Shown in pieces: positions 55,052 through 64,000 of a DNA stretch of 64,000 bases. Position 1 is the stretch's first letter, and each line of letters starts with the position of its first letter. Below the pieces are notes generated by a model. It ran no database searches. It worked only from the letters and a program-made list of their open reading frames with translations, and had not been told where the DNA came from. The DNA is from Candidatus Rokuibacteriota bacterium (GTDB taxonomy: Bacteria; Methylomirabilota; Methylomirabilia; Rokubacteriales; CSP1-6): positions 11,866-75,865 of the forward strand of contig JACPIQ010000121.1 of assembly GCA_016188005.1 (NCBI GenBank), written 5' to 3'. Both the position numbers and the translations under genes were made by a program.

Positions 55052-58000
55052 TCAGCCGAGGGCGGCGAGGCTCTCGCGGCAGCGCTTGGCGAGGGGGCGC
55101 ATCCCCAGCTCCTCGGCGAGGTCCCGCGCCTGCTCGTAGTGCCGGGCGGCGCTGTCGCGGTCGCCGCGGTGGCGGCAGACCTCGCCGAGAATCCAGAGCG
55201 CCCGGGCCTCGGCCGACCGCTCCGCGAGGCGATGGGCGAAGGCGATGGCCTCGCGGGCAGAGGCCTCCGCCAGGTCCAGCTCGCCGGCGTGGAGCTGGGC
55301 CTCCGCCACGTGGCGGACGTGATCGCCACGCTCGACGAGGGCCGCCGCCTTTTCCTGGAGCTCGACGCACTCCCGGGCTGCCGCGATCGCCTCCTGATGG
55401 CGCCCCGTCAAGGAGTAGGCGGAGGAGGCCGCCCCGAGGGCCCGCATGAGCTGCCCCGCGAACTTCCGCTCCCGGCAGATCGCGACCGCCCCTTCCAGCA
55501 CCCCGAGGGCCTCTCCGGCCCTGCCCCTCTCGGTGAGGAGCCGGCCCCGGGCGATCATGAGCGGCACCTCGCTGTAGAGATGCCTGGCGGCCTGGACGAC
55601 GCGCTCGCCGCGCTCGATGAGGGCCAGCGCCCGCTCCGGATCTCCCATTGCCAGCAGGCACAGCGCCCCGAGCGCGCAGGAACCACAGTAGGGGAGGCCC
55701 GACAGCCCGAATCGCTCCGTGGCCCGCGGCCCTTCCAGGCGCTCGATGACGCGGCTGAAATGCTCGAGGGCCAGCGGGTACTGGCCGACGGCCAGGTGGG
55801 CGCAGCCAATGTAATAGTGCCCGGTGACGAGGAGCCCCAGATCCCCGCGCCGCTCGGCGGTCTCGAGGCCGCGCCGCCCGTAGGCGATGGCCTCGCGCTG
55901 CTCCCCCTTGGCCCAGTGGTACTGGGTGAAGAACGAGTAGACCACGTCGAGGCGGTCCGTCTCGCCGTGCCGCGTGGCGAGCCCCTCGGCCTCCTTGAAG
56001 ATCTCGAAGAGGCGGTCCAGCTGTCCCGCGCGCCAGAGCGGGGCGCGGAGCGCGAGGCGCACGTCCACGCCGAGGCGGCCGGTCTCGGGGCTCTCGGGCA
56101 GCCGGCCGAGGGCCTCGAGGGCCTGCTCGTAGAACTCGACAGCGCGCGCGTCCGTGCAGAGGGCCGCCGCGCGGTCCCCGGCCTGCCTGGCGTAGCGGGC
56201 GGCCTTCGGCCACACCTCGCCGCGGACGAAGTGATGGGCCAGCTCCTCGACGTGCTCCTCGACACGGTCCGCGTGCAGCTCCTCGATGGTGGCGCCGATG
56301 CGGGCGTGGAGGTCCCGGCGCCGCGCGAGGAGGATGGACTCGTAGGCCACGTCCTGGGTGAGGACGTGCTTGAAGACGTACTCGAGGTCGGCGGCACCCA
56401 TCTTCTCGTAGACAAACTCCAGCGCCTTGAGATCCCCCAGCGCGCGCTCAACGCGATCCGTCGCCTCGGCGACGCGCCGGAGGAGGCGGAGGGCGAACTC
56501 GCGGCCGATCACCGAGGCGATCTGCACCGTGCGCTTCTGCTCCTCGCCGAGCCGGTCGATGCGCGCGGCGATCAGGTCCTGGACGCGGTCGGGCACCACG
56601 ATGGCGGAGGCCGGGCACGCCAGCGTGAGCCGGCCGCCCTCGGGATGCACGGCGCCGCTCTCCACCAGCGCGCGACCGATCTCCTCGAGGAAGAAGGGAT
56701 TGCCCTCGGCCTTGCGCGCGATGATCGCCGCCAGCTCGTCCGGGAGGTCCCCGATGCCCAGCGTGGCGCGGACCAGCCGGTGGGCGTCGGCGTCCTCCAG
56801 CGGCTCGAGGACGAGCCGGGTGATGTAGGTGTGCTCGGGGAAGCGCGGCCGGTACGAGGGGCGCCAGGTCAGCACCAGGAGGATCGCCTCGCCGGCGATG
56901 CCGTTGATCAGCTCCGCCAGGTAGTCCTCGGAGGCGCTGTCGATCCACTGCAGATCCTCCACCACCAGCACCACGGGTCGCCGCTGGCTCGACCGGCGAG
57001 TGAGCTGGCTGATGGCGCGGAATATCCGCGCGCGGCGCTCGACCGGATCCATGGCGGCGATGGCGGGATCGCCCGGGTCCACGGAGAGCGCATAGCGCAG
57101 GTACGGGGCCAGCTCGCCGGGCGGCTCGCCCAGCGCCTTGAGGCCCCGCGTGACCTTCTCGATGATGGCTGACTCGCTGTCCGCCTCGCTGACAGCGAAG
57201 CCCTGACGGAGGCAGTCGGCGATCGGGAGCATCGCCGTGGACTGCCCGAAGGAGAGACAGCGTCCCTCCAGCCAGGTCGCCGCTCCTCCCGCCTGGCGGC
57301 GAAGCTCCAGCAGCAGCCGGGACTTGCCGATGCCGGCCTCGCCCACGAGGGACACCACCTGGCCGCGGCCGGCCCGGGCGGCGCTCCAGGCCCGCGCGAG
57401 CGTGCCGAGCGCCTCGCGGCGCCCCAGCAGCGGCGTCAGGGGCCGGCTCTCGGCCACGCTCCTGGGTTCGCCCAGCGCCCAGGCCGCCACGGGCTCGGCG
57501 CGGTTCTTGAGCACGACCGTGCCGAGGGAAGTCAGGTGGAAGTACGGCTCGATGAGCCGGCGCGTGGTATCGGCCAGGACGACCTGGCCCGGCTCGGCCA
57601 TCTGCTGCATCCGCGCGGCGACGTTCGTGGTGTCGCCGACGGCGGTGTAGTCCATGCGCAGGTTGTCGCCGATGGCCGCGACCACCACGAGCCCGGTGTT
57701 GAGTCCCAGGCGCACGCGGAAGTCCACACCGCGCCGGCCCTTGAGCTCCTCGCGGTAGGCTCCGAGCGCGCGCTGCATCCCCAGGGCTGCCAGTGCCGCC
57801 CGCCGGGCGTGGTCCTCGTGGGCGACCGGGGCGCCGAAGAGCGCCATGAGCCCGTCGCCCAGGAACTGGTTCACCGTGCCCTCGTAGCGGTGCACCGACG
57901 CGAGCATGAGCTCGAAGGCGCGGTTCATGAGGGTGTGGACCTCCTCCGGGTCGAGGCGCTCCGCCAGCGAGGTGAAGCCCGAGACGTCCGCGAAGAGGAC

Positions 58001-58327
58001 GGTGACCTGCTTCCGCTCGCCCTGGAGCGCCGTCCTGTCCTTGAGGATGCGCTCGGCCAGGTGCTGGGGGGTGTAGCCGCTGGGAGCCGCGCGACGCCGG
58101 TCGTCCTCGGAGCCGAGGCCGGCGTCGCGCGGGGCCGGGGGCGGATCGGCCGCGGCGCCCACGCCGCCCGCCAGGCGCGCGCCGCAGTCGCCGCAGAACT
58201 TCTTGCCGGGGGAGAGGCGGGCCCCGCAGGCCGGGCAGACGGTGTCCAGGCGCGCGCCGCACTCCTCGCAGAACTTGGCGCCGGGGCGCGTGGCGGCTCC
58301 GCAGGCTGAGCAGGCCATCCGGGTCAT
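55052..58327 (-). CDS. Multidomain signalling protein: double zinc-ribbon + class III adenylyl/guanylyl cyclase + STAND/AAA NTPase + TPR repeats
   Basis: N-terminus CSACG...CEECG / CPACG...CGDCG. Cyclase domain ([14 protein letters not shown]...[11 protein letters not shown]...[16 protein letters not shown]). P-loop [11 protein letters not shown]. Long C-terminal TPR region. 1092 aa. Confidence 0.8.
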   Translation of the reverse strand: MTRMACSACGAATRPGAKFCEECGARLDTVCPACGARLSPGKKFCGDCGARLAGGVGAAADPPPAPRDAGLGSEDDRRRAAPSGYTPQHLAERILKDRTALQGERKQVTVLFADVSGFTSLAERLDPEEVHTLMNRAFELMLASVHRYEGTVNQFLGDGLMALFGAPVAHEDHARRAALAALGMQRALGAYREELKGRRGVDFRVRLGLNTGLVVVAAIGDNLRMDYTAVGDTTNVAARMQQMAEPGQVVLADTTRRLIEPYFHLTSLGTVVLKNRAEPVAAWALGEPRSVAESRPLTPLLGRREALGTLARAWSAARAGRGQVVSLVGEAGIGKSRLLLELRRQAGGAATWLEGRCLSFGQSTAMLPIADCLRQGFAVSEADSESAIIEKVTRGLKALGEPPGELAPYLRYALSVDPGDPAIAAMDPVERRARIFRAISQLTRRSSQRRPVVLVVEDLQWIDSASEDYLAELINGIAGEAILLVLTWRPSYRPRFPEHTYITRLVLEPLEDADAHRLVRATLGIGDLPDELAAIIARKAEGNPFFLEEIGRALVESGAVHPEGGRLTLACPASAIVVPDRVQDLIAARIDRLGEEQKRTVQIASVIGREFALRLLRRVAEATDRVERALGDLKALEFVYEKMGAADLEYVFKHVLTQDVAYESILLARRRDLHARIGATIEELHADRVEEHVEELAHHFVRGEVWPKAARYARQAGDRAAALCTDARAVEFYEQALEALGRLPESPETGRLGVDVRLALRAPLWRAGQLDRLFEIFKEAEGLATRHGETDRLDVVYSFFTQYHWAKGEQREAIAYGRRGLETAERRGDLGLLVTGHYYIGCAHLAVGQYPLALEHFSRVIERLEGPRATERFGLSGLPYCGSCALGALCLLAMGDPERALALIERGERVVQAARHLYSEVPLMIARGRLLTERGRAGEALGVLEGAVAICRERKFAGQLMRALGAASSAYSLTGRHQEAIAAARECVELQEKAAALVERGDHVRHVAEAQLHAGELDLAEASAREAIAFAHRLAERSAEARALWILGEVCRHRGDRDSAARHYEQARDLAEELGMRPLAKRCRESLAALG

Positions 58328-58410
58328 TGTGCCACGGTGGGGCCGACGAGAGAAGGCTTGCGGCCCCGTCACGCAGCGGGGTAGGCTACCGGATGGCGGT
58401 AGCGCCGCAG

Positions 58411-58540
58411 CGGGGTGACCCGACCGTCTGGCCCACGGTCAACATGCGGCAGCATGGGCGGGGAGAGGGGGAGACGCTGGCGGAGCGAGGTGACGCGACC
58501 CTCTCGCCCACGGTCAACATGCGGCAGCATGTTGAAGATG
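58411..58540 (+). repeat. Copy A of a ~130-bp duplicated cis-element (two ~40-bp boxes TTGACGCGACC-N-TCGCCCACGGTCAACATGCGGCAGCATG) in the divergent intergenic region upstream of the thiolase gene
   Basis: About 93% identical to copy B at 59790..59920. Box 1 holds IR GACCGT-N7-ACGGTC. Box 2 holds IR CAACATG-N6-CATGTTG. Ends ~17 nt before ATG 58558. Confidence 0.4.
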
Positions 58541-58557
58541 GTAGATGGAGACCAGTC

Positions 58558-59745
58558 ATGAGCGGACTCGGCGGGAAGGTTGCCATCATCGGCACCGGCA
58601 CGATCAAGTTCGGAGAGAACTTCCATCAGAGCCTCACCGACATGATCTTCGAGGCCGTCACCCTCGCCCTGGCCGACGCCGGCATCGAGCGCGGCCGGCT
58701 CCAGGCCGGCTGGCTCGGCTGCTACGAACCGATGCTCTACGGCTTCGAGGGCAATTCCGGCGCCTTCGTCTCAGACCCGCTCAATCTCTTCCCCATTCCC
58801 GTCACGCGCGTGGCGGCCTACTGCGCCACGGGGATCGAGGCCGTGCGCAACGCGGCGCTGGCCGTGGCCTCGGGGGAGTACGACGTCGTGCTGGCGGTGG
58901 GTGCGGAGAAGATGCGGGAGGTGCCCTCCCGCGGGTCGCTGGTGGCACAGGCCGTGAACCGCGGACACCCGTTGCTGGCCAAGGGGCGCACGGCACCCGG
59001 CATGTTCGGGCTGCTGGCCGCGCGCTACTTCAAGGAGTACGGCGCCGGGGAGGAGGCGCTCGGGGCCGTGGCAATCAAGAACCACTACCACGGCTCCCTC
59101 AACCCGAAGGCGCATTTCCAGAAGGAGATCACGGCCGAGCAGCACGCCCGCGCGCCGAGGGTGGCCGAGCCGCTCGGGCTCTTCGACTGCTGCCCCACCA
59201 CGGACGGGGCCGCGGCGGCCATCCTCACCCGCGCCGAGCTGGCGCCGACATTCACCGACAGATACTCGATCATCCGCGGTATCGCCTGTGCGGTGACCGC
59301 CGGCTACTGGAACACGCAGTTCGACCCGTCGTGGAACTTCACCTCGTTCCGCGCCACGCGCGAGGCTGCCAGGGCCGCCTACACCATGGCCGGGGTGACC
59401 AATCCCGCGAAGCAGATCAAGGTGGCCGAGTGCCACGACTGCTTCACCATCACCGAGATCGTGAACTACGAGGACCTGGGCTTCTTCGAGCCCGGGGCCG
59501 GCTGGCGTGCCGCCCAGAGCGGCGCGACGCGGCTCGGGGGCTCGCTGCCCGTGAACACGTCGGGTGGGCTCAAGTCGTGCGGCCACCCCATTGGCTCCTC
59601 GGGCGTGCGGATGATCAACAACATCCACGACCAGCTCCTGGGCCGTGCCGGGAAGATGCAGGTCCCTGGCGCCGACATGGGGCTGGCGCACAACCTCGGC
59701 GGTCCCGGCGCGGTCTCGGCCGTGGCCGTGCTCTCCCAGCCGTAA
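58558..59745 (+). CDS. Thiolase-like protein (SCP-x / nonspecific lipid-transfer-protein thiolase type), second copy
   Basis: KVAIIGTGTIKFGE N-terminus and thiolase C-terminal motifs (CHDCFTITEI, NTSGGLKSCGHPIGSSG). Paralog of the 30026 gene. Confidence 0.8.
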   Translation: MSGLGGKVAIIGTGTIKFGENFHQSLTDMIFEAVTLALADAGIERGRLQAGWLGCYEPMLYGFEGNSGAFVSDPLNLFPIPVTRVAAYCATGIEAVRNAALAVASGEYDVVLAVGAEKMREVPSRGSLVAQAVNRGHPLLAKGRTAPGMFGLLAARYFKEYGAGEEALGAVAIKNHYHGSLNPKAHFQKEITAEQHARAPRVAEPLGLFDCCPTTDGAAAAILTRAELAPTFTDRYSIIRGIACAVTAGYWNTQFDPSWNFTSFRATREAARAAYTMAGVTNPAKQIKVAECHDCFTITEIVNYEDLGFFEPGAGWRAAQSGATRLGGSLPVNTSGGLKSCGHPIGSSGVRMINNIHDQLLGRAGKMQVPGADMGLAHNLGGPGAVSAVAVLSQP

Positions 59746-59789
59746 CGGACGTTCGCGCGCGGCTGGCGCCGGGCGGAGCCCCGGCGCGG

Positions 59790-59920
59790 CGGGTTGACGC
59801 GACCGTCTCGCCCACGGTCAAGATGCGCCAGCATGGGTGAGGAGAGGGGGAGACGCTGGCGCAGCGAGTTGACGCGACCCTCTCGCCCACGGTCAACATG
59901 CGGCAGCATGTTGAAGATAA
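59790..59920 (+). repeat. Copy B of the duplicated ~130-bp two-box cis-element, upstream of the small basic-tailed ORF
   Basis: Same two-box structure as copy A. Followed by RBS AAGGGAGG and ATG 59932. Confidence 0.4.
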
Positions 59921-59931
59921 GGGAGGCAGAG

Positions 59932-60333
59932 ATGGCGGAGCTCACGCGGCGCTACATCGTCATGCCGATGGCCACCGAGGCCCCGTTCGACCCGTTGGAC
60001 CCGGAGGCGGTGTTCGTCCTCAAGCCCCGGAAGGACCCGGCGGCGCTCAGGGCGCTTCAGGCGTACCGCGACCACTGCTACCCGGAACTGCGCCGAGATC
60101 TCGACGCCTGGATCGAGACGATCAAGGCGAGCCCCGTGGTCCGCGGTGGGGTCGGGGAGAGGAACGCCCGGTACCTGGCCTCCCGGCCCCAGCCTGCAAG
60201 CGCGCCCGCGCAGGGCTCCGCCGTGCCTGCCGCCCGCCCGACCCGGGCCGGGGTCAAGCCCAAGCCCAGGCCTCGGGCAAAGCATCAGGGACGGAAGGCC
60301 AAGCCACCGTCGCGGAAGAGGAAGCAGCACTAA
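59932..60333 (+). CDS. Hypothetical small protein with Lys/Arg/Pro-rich basic C-terminal tail
   Basis: Good RBS. 134 aa. Tail VKPKPRPRAKHQGRKAKPPSRKRKQH. No recognisable catalytic motif. Confidence 0.45.
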   Translation: MAELTRRYIVMPMATEAPFDPLDPEAVFVLKPRKDPAALRALQAYRDHCYPELRRDLDAWIETIKASPVVRGGVGERNARYLASRPQPASAPAQGSAVPAARPTRAGVKPKPRPRAKHQGRKAKPPSRKRKQH

Positions 60334-60470
60334 CCGTCAGCGGCCCGAGAGGTATTCCCGCAGCCTGCCCGAAGGCCCCGGCGTGGAGGGCATCGCCCTG
60401 CGGGAGATGCCGGGCGCTGGCTTGCGCTCGCGGTCATCCGGCCGCTATCCTTAGCCTGGAGGGCAGGCCA

Positions 60471-61418
60471 ATGGTCGAACGGAGCACGGCCAGGGTGCCC
60501 GCGTCACCCAGGGTCCCGTACTGGATGCGGGCCAGCCGCGGGCGCAGCCGACCCCACCTCGAGATCCTCAGCGAGGAGGATGCCAGCCCCGCCGTCCGCG
60601 AGTGTTTCGACGAGATCACCGCCACCCTCGGCTTCCCGGTCGTCAACGTCATCTTCCGCGCCTTCGCCAGGTACCCGCGCTTCCTCGCCCTGTCCTGGGA
60701 CCTCCTCAAGCCCAACGTGCTCACCCAGGACCTCTTCGACAAGACCCAGGTGCTCCGCCGTCAGGCGCAGCTCGTGGTGCGCGAGGGGCTCGGCGTCGGG
60801 GACCACCGGGCGGTGCTCCGGATGCGTGGCTCCTCCGACGACGCGCTCGGTCGAATCCGCGCCGTCCTCGACTTCTTCCTCTACGGGGACCCATTCCTCC
60901 TGCTCATCGCCTCGGCGCTGCAGTCCTCGCTGTCGGGGCACCCGCTTTCCGGCAAGCCGTGGGCGCACCTGCTGCCGCTGCACACCAATCCCACCCGCTT
61001 CCAGGAGCTCAGGCTCACGGAGATGGAGGAGGCGCCTCCCGCGGTCCAGACGATCTACAGCGAGATCATGCAGGCCCACGGGGGGACCTTCGTCCCGACG
61101 GACTACCGCGCGCTGGGGCGCTGGCCCGAGTGCCTGGCCGTGGTGTGGCAGGACTGGAGGCAGCGCATGCAGAACCCGGCCTACGAGGCCGGGGTCCGGC
61201 AGCTCAACGAGCTGGCCCTGGCGCTGGCCCAGGACCTGCCCTTCGGCTTCGCGCTGTCCCCCCAGACCCTTGTGCGGGCCGGCTTTACTCCCCTCCAGGT
61301 TTCCGATATCCTGGCGACGGTCGACTTCTTTCAGGGCCTCCTGCCGGCGCTCATCGTGAACATCACCGCGTTCAGGATCGGCCTCGAGGGGAGCGGCCGG
61401 CCGGCACCCGGCGCCTGA
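60471..61418 (+). CDS. DehI-like (group I DL-2-haloacid dehalogenase family) two-repeat helical protein
   Basis: Internal pseudo-repeats AVRECFDEITATLGFPVVNVIFRAFARYPRFLALSWDLL and AVQTIYSEIMQAHGGTFVPTDYRALGRWPECLAVVWQDW resemble the DehI pseudo-dimer motifs. Confidence 0.45.
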   Translation: MVERSTARVPASPRVPYWMRASRGRSRPHLEILSEEDASPAVRECFDEITATLGFPVVNVIFRAFARYPRFLALSWDLLKPNVLTQDLFDKTQVLRRQAQLVVREGLGVGDHRAVLRMRGSSDDALGRIRAVLDFFLYGDPFLLLIASALQSSLSGHPLSGKPWAHLLPLHTNPTRFQELRLTEMEEAPPAVQTIYSEIMQAHGGTFVPTDYRALGRWPECLAVVWQDWRQRMQNPAYEAGVRQLNELALALAQDLPFGFALSPQTLVRAGFTPLQVSDILATVDFFQGLLPALIVNITAFRIGLEGSGRPAPGA

Positions 61419-61450
61419 GGCCTCGCACCCGCAGTCAGCGGAGGAGCGTC

Positions 61451-62434
61451 ATGCACTGGCACGCTCTCGTAGCGGCAACCGTCGCCCTCGGCCTGGCGCT
61501 GTCCGCCCCCGCCCCCGCCCAGGCGCAGAAGAAGCGACTGGCCATGGGCTGCACCCAGACGGCTTCCAGCCACTACGCCTACTGCGTCGGGGCGGCGAAG
61601 GCCATCAACCTGGCCGTCCCTGACGTGGACGTCTCGGTGGTGGAGACCGGCGCCACCGTGGACAACATGAAACGGATGCAGAAGGGCACTCTCGACTATG
61701 GCCTGGTGACGCCGGAGCAGGTCTATCTGGGCTGGAAGGGCATGGAGAACTGGAAGGATGCTCCCTTCCCGGACATCCGGATGATGTGGATGTACACCGT
61801 CTCCGCGAACTACGTCATCGTCCGGGAGGAGACCGGGATCAAGAGCCTGCAGGAGATCGCCGGCAAGAAGTTCAACCCCGGCATCCGGGGCTCGGCGACG
61901 GAGAAGATGACCGAGACGGTGCTCGCCGACCTTGGGATCAAGGCGGACTGGCAGCGCATGGGGACCTCCGATGCCGTGGACGCCATGAAGGACAAGCGCA
62001 TCGTCGGGTACGCCAAGACGGGCAACGGCTTCGCGCTGGACGCCTCGACGATGGACATCGCCACGCAGGCGCCCATCCGGGTGCTGCCGTTCACCGAGGA
62101 GGAGATGAAGAAGTCCAAGGCCGCGCATCCGTACATCCCCTGGATCAAGGTGCCGGCCGGCTCGCTCAAGGGCCTGGGCGAGTTCTGGACCCCGGCGATC
62201 ATCGTGGGCTTCTCGGCGCCCAAGTCCTTCCCGAGCGACACGGTGTACAAGATCGTGAAGGCGGTGTCGGAGGGGATCGAGCACCAGAAGGCGGCCTTCA
62301 AGGGGACCACCGGCGACATCCCGAAGCTCACCGCCGAGGTCTCCCAGTCGCCGCTCCACGCCGGCGCTGTCAAGTATCTCCGGGAGAAGGGCATCAAGGT
62401 CCCCGACCACCTCATTCCCCCCGAGGCCAAGTAA
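61451..62434 (+). CDS. TAXI-family TRAP transporter solute-binding protein (second copy)
   Basis: Signal peptide followed by a TAXI-like mature domain. Paralog of 15040..15990. Confidence 0.8.
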   Translation: MHWHALVAATVALGLALSAPAPAQAQKKRLAMGCTQTASSHYAYCVGAAKAINLAVPDVDVSVVETGATVDNMKRMQKGTLDYGLVTPEQVYLGWKGMENWKDAPFPDIRMMWMYTVSANYVIVREETGIKSLQEIAGKKFNPGIRGSATEKMTETVLADLGIKADWQRMGTSDAVDAMKDKRIVGYAKTGNGFALDASTMDIATQAPIRVLPFTEEEMKKSKAAHPYIPWIKVPAGSLKGLGEFWTPAIIVGFSAPKSFPSDTVYKIVKAVSEGIEHQKAAFKGTTGDIPKLTAEVSQSPLHAGAVKYLREKGIKVPDHLIPPEAK

Positions 62435-62438
62435 GGGC

Positions 62439-64000
62439 GTGGCCCCGGCTGAAGCCCCCGGCGCTCCGGGGGTCGAGCCGGACGGTCTCCCCGGTCCGAT
62501 CAAGGGCGACGAGCCCGACGCGAGAACGCTCACCGGGGTGCTGAACGGCGCCGTGGCGCTGGTCGCCGGGGCCTTCGCCCTGTTTCACATCGCCACCGCG
62601 GCCCCGTTCGTGGGGTCGTTCCCCGACCTGATCCAGCGCTCGGCTCACCTGGCCTTCGCCTTCGTCCTCTGCTTCCTCCTCTACCCCGCCTGGCCCGGGC
62701 GCTCCTCGGCCCGCCGACCCTCGGCGCTGGACGTCGCCCTGGCAGCGGCCGCGATCGTCGCGCTGGTTTACATCATCCGGCACTACGACTGGATCATGGA
62801 GAACCCCGGCGACTCGACGCGCACGGGCGTGATCCTGGGCACCGTGCTGACCGTGCTGACGCTGGAGGCCGCGCGGCGCACCATCGGCCTCGTCTTCACC
62901 GCGCTCGGCGTCGTCGCCATCGCCTACGCCTATCTCGGGGCCTCGATCCCCGGCGCGTGGGGCCACCGGGGCTTCGGCTGGGTGACGATCCAGGAATCGC
63001 TGTATCTCTCCACGCAGGGGATTCTCGGCAACGTGACCGGAATCTCGGCGACGCTCGTGGCGGTGTTCCTCGTCTTCGGCGCCATCCTCTACCACACGGG
63101 GGGAGGGGAGACGTTCGTGGACCTGGCGAAGCTCGTCGCCGGGCGCTCCCACGGCGGCCCCGCCAAGGTCTCCGTCTTCTCCTCCGCCTTCTTCGGCACC
63201 ATCTCGGGCTCGGCCGTCGCCAACGTGGTGGTGGACGGCATCTTCAACATCCCGCTGATGAAGCGCATGAAGTACCGGGCCGAATTCGCGGCGGCGGTGG
63301 AAGCGACGGCATCCTCCGGGGGGCAGATCATGCCGCCGGTGATGGGGGCGGGAGCCTTCATCATGGCCGAGCTGCTGCAGATCTCCTATGCCCAGGTGGC
63401 CATCGCCGCCGCGCTGCCGGCCCTCCTCTACTACCTCGGCTGCGGCGCCGCGATCCACTTCGAGGCCCGGCGCCTCAACCTCGGCACCATCCCGCGCGCG
63501 CTCATCCCGCGGGCGCGGGAAGTCTTCGCGTGGCGGCGCTCGGCCGCCCTCTTCATCCCGGTGATCCTGCTCACCTACTTCCTCCTCCAGGGGTACACGG
63601 CCCAGACCTCGACGTTCTGGTCGATCATCGCCTCGCTGGTCATCTTCATCCTCTCGGGCTCCTCCCTGGCGGACTGCCGCGCGCGCCTCCTGGGGCTCTG
63701 GCGGGCGCTGGAAGCGGGGGGCAAGGGGATCGTGCTCGTCGCCACCCTGATCGCGGCGGCGGGCATCGTGATCGGGATGATCAACCTGACCGGCGCCGGC
63801 GTGAAGCTGTCCGAGCTCATCATCGGCACGGCCGGCGGCAGTCTCTTCGGGGCGCTCTGCCTGGCGATGATCGTCTGTCTCATCCTGGGGATGGGCCTGC
63901 CGACGACGGCGGCCTACGTGCTGGCCGCCTCCGTGGTGGCGCCGGCCCTGATCAAGCTGGGCGCGCTGCCCCTGGCCGCACACCTCTTCGTGTTCTACTT
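62439..64000 (+). CDS. TRAP transporter fused permease (second copy), 3'-truncated by window end
   Basis: Open frame from GTG 62439 to the window end. Strong paralogy to 16109..17947 (for example SAVANVVVDGIFNIPLMKR...GGQIMPPVMGAGAFIMAELL). Confidence 0.75.
   Translation, partial: MAPAEAPGAPGVEPDGLPGPIKGDEPDARTLTGVLNGAVALVAGAFALFHIATAAPFVGSFPDLIQRSAHLAFAFVLCFLLYPAWPGRSSARRPSALDVALAAAAIVALVYIIRHYDWIMENPGDSTRTGVILGTVLTVLTLEAARRTIGLVFTALGVVAIAYAYLGASIPGAWGHRGFGWVTIQESLYLSTQGILGNVTGISATLVAVFLVFGAILYHTGGGETFVDLAKLVAGRSHGGPAKVSVFSSAFFGTISGSAVANVVVDGIFNIPLMKRMKYRAEFAAAVEATASSGGQIMPPVMGAGAFIMAELLQISYAQVAIAAALPALLYYLGCGAAIHFEARRLNLGTIPRALIPRAREVFAWRRSAALFIPVILLTYFLLQGYTAQTSTFWSIIASLVIFILSGSSLADCRARLLGLWRALEAGGKGIVLVATLIAAAGIVIGMINLTGAGVKLSELIIGTAGGSLFGALCLAMIVCLILGMGLPTTAAYVLAASVVAPALIKLGALPLAAHLFVFY

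Noticed and set aside
58411-58560. Possible sigma54 promoter (TGGCCCACGGTCAAC) or short uORF (MRQH...) inside the duplicated element
   Set aside because: The -12 element does not match TTGCW. The uORF frames differ between the two copies (one terminates after 5 codons), so neither interpretation is supported.
12405-64000. Search for cas6, cmr1, a ring nuclease, transposases/integrases, tRNA or rRNA genes in the remainder of the window
   Set aside because: No ORF with RAMP G-rich loop/Cas6 features, no DDE/tyrosine recombinase motifs and no obvious structured RNA genes were recognised by eye. Absence cannot be proven without profile/covariance searches.

Overview
High-GC (~70%) bacterial chromosomal window. 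Positions 1-12.5 kb hold a type III-B (Cmr) CRISPR-Cas locus on the + strand, with every junction translationally coupled: cas10/cmr2 (HD motif, GGDD cyclase palm, Zn finger) - cmr3 - cmr4 - cmr5 - cmr6 - csx1/csm6-type CARF-HEPN effector - a TPR-fused CRISPR-associated primase-polymerase (AEP + PriCT) - cas1 - cas2 - 216-bp leader - CRISPR array. The array has 9 repeats of 37 bp plus a degenerate terminal repeat, and spacers of 33-43 bp. Neither cmr1 nor cas6 lies inside the window; an ORF without a start reads in from the left edge at 1..282. The remaining ~51 kb is a metabolic island of acyl-CoA and organic-acid catabolism and transport. Left to right it contains: a TcuA-like FAD dehydrogenase, an Asp/Glu-racemase-like protein and a TAXI-TRAP transporter; a TetR regulator with a split B12-dependent acyl-CoA mutase; remnants of an acyl-CoA ligase and a liv-type binding protein upstream of an intact livHMGF transporter; a luciferase-like monooxygenase, two crotonases, a KstD-like flavoprotein, an SCP-x thiolase with DUF35 and an acyl-CoA synthetase; tandem DUF362 paralogs; an amidase and a MaoC dehydratase; a MoaD-like protein followed by a TAT-less three-subunit Psr-like molybdoenzyme; a 2-oxoacid:ferredoxin oxidoreductase operon with an inserted NAD(P)H flavoprotein and a ferredoxin-PorB fusion; GntR; a 2,4-dienoyl-CoA-reductase-like enzyme; a Met-rich secreted protein; an alcohol dehydrogenase; a giant zinc-ribbon / adenylyl-cyclase / STAND / TPR protein; a second thiolase, a basic-tailed small protein and a DehI-like protein preceded by two copies of a ~130-bp cis-element; and a second TAXI-TRAP system running off the right edge. 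No rRNA, tRNA, transposase or integrase was recognised. Many long antisense ORFs in the track are high-GC artefacts.
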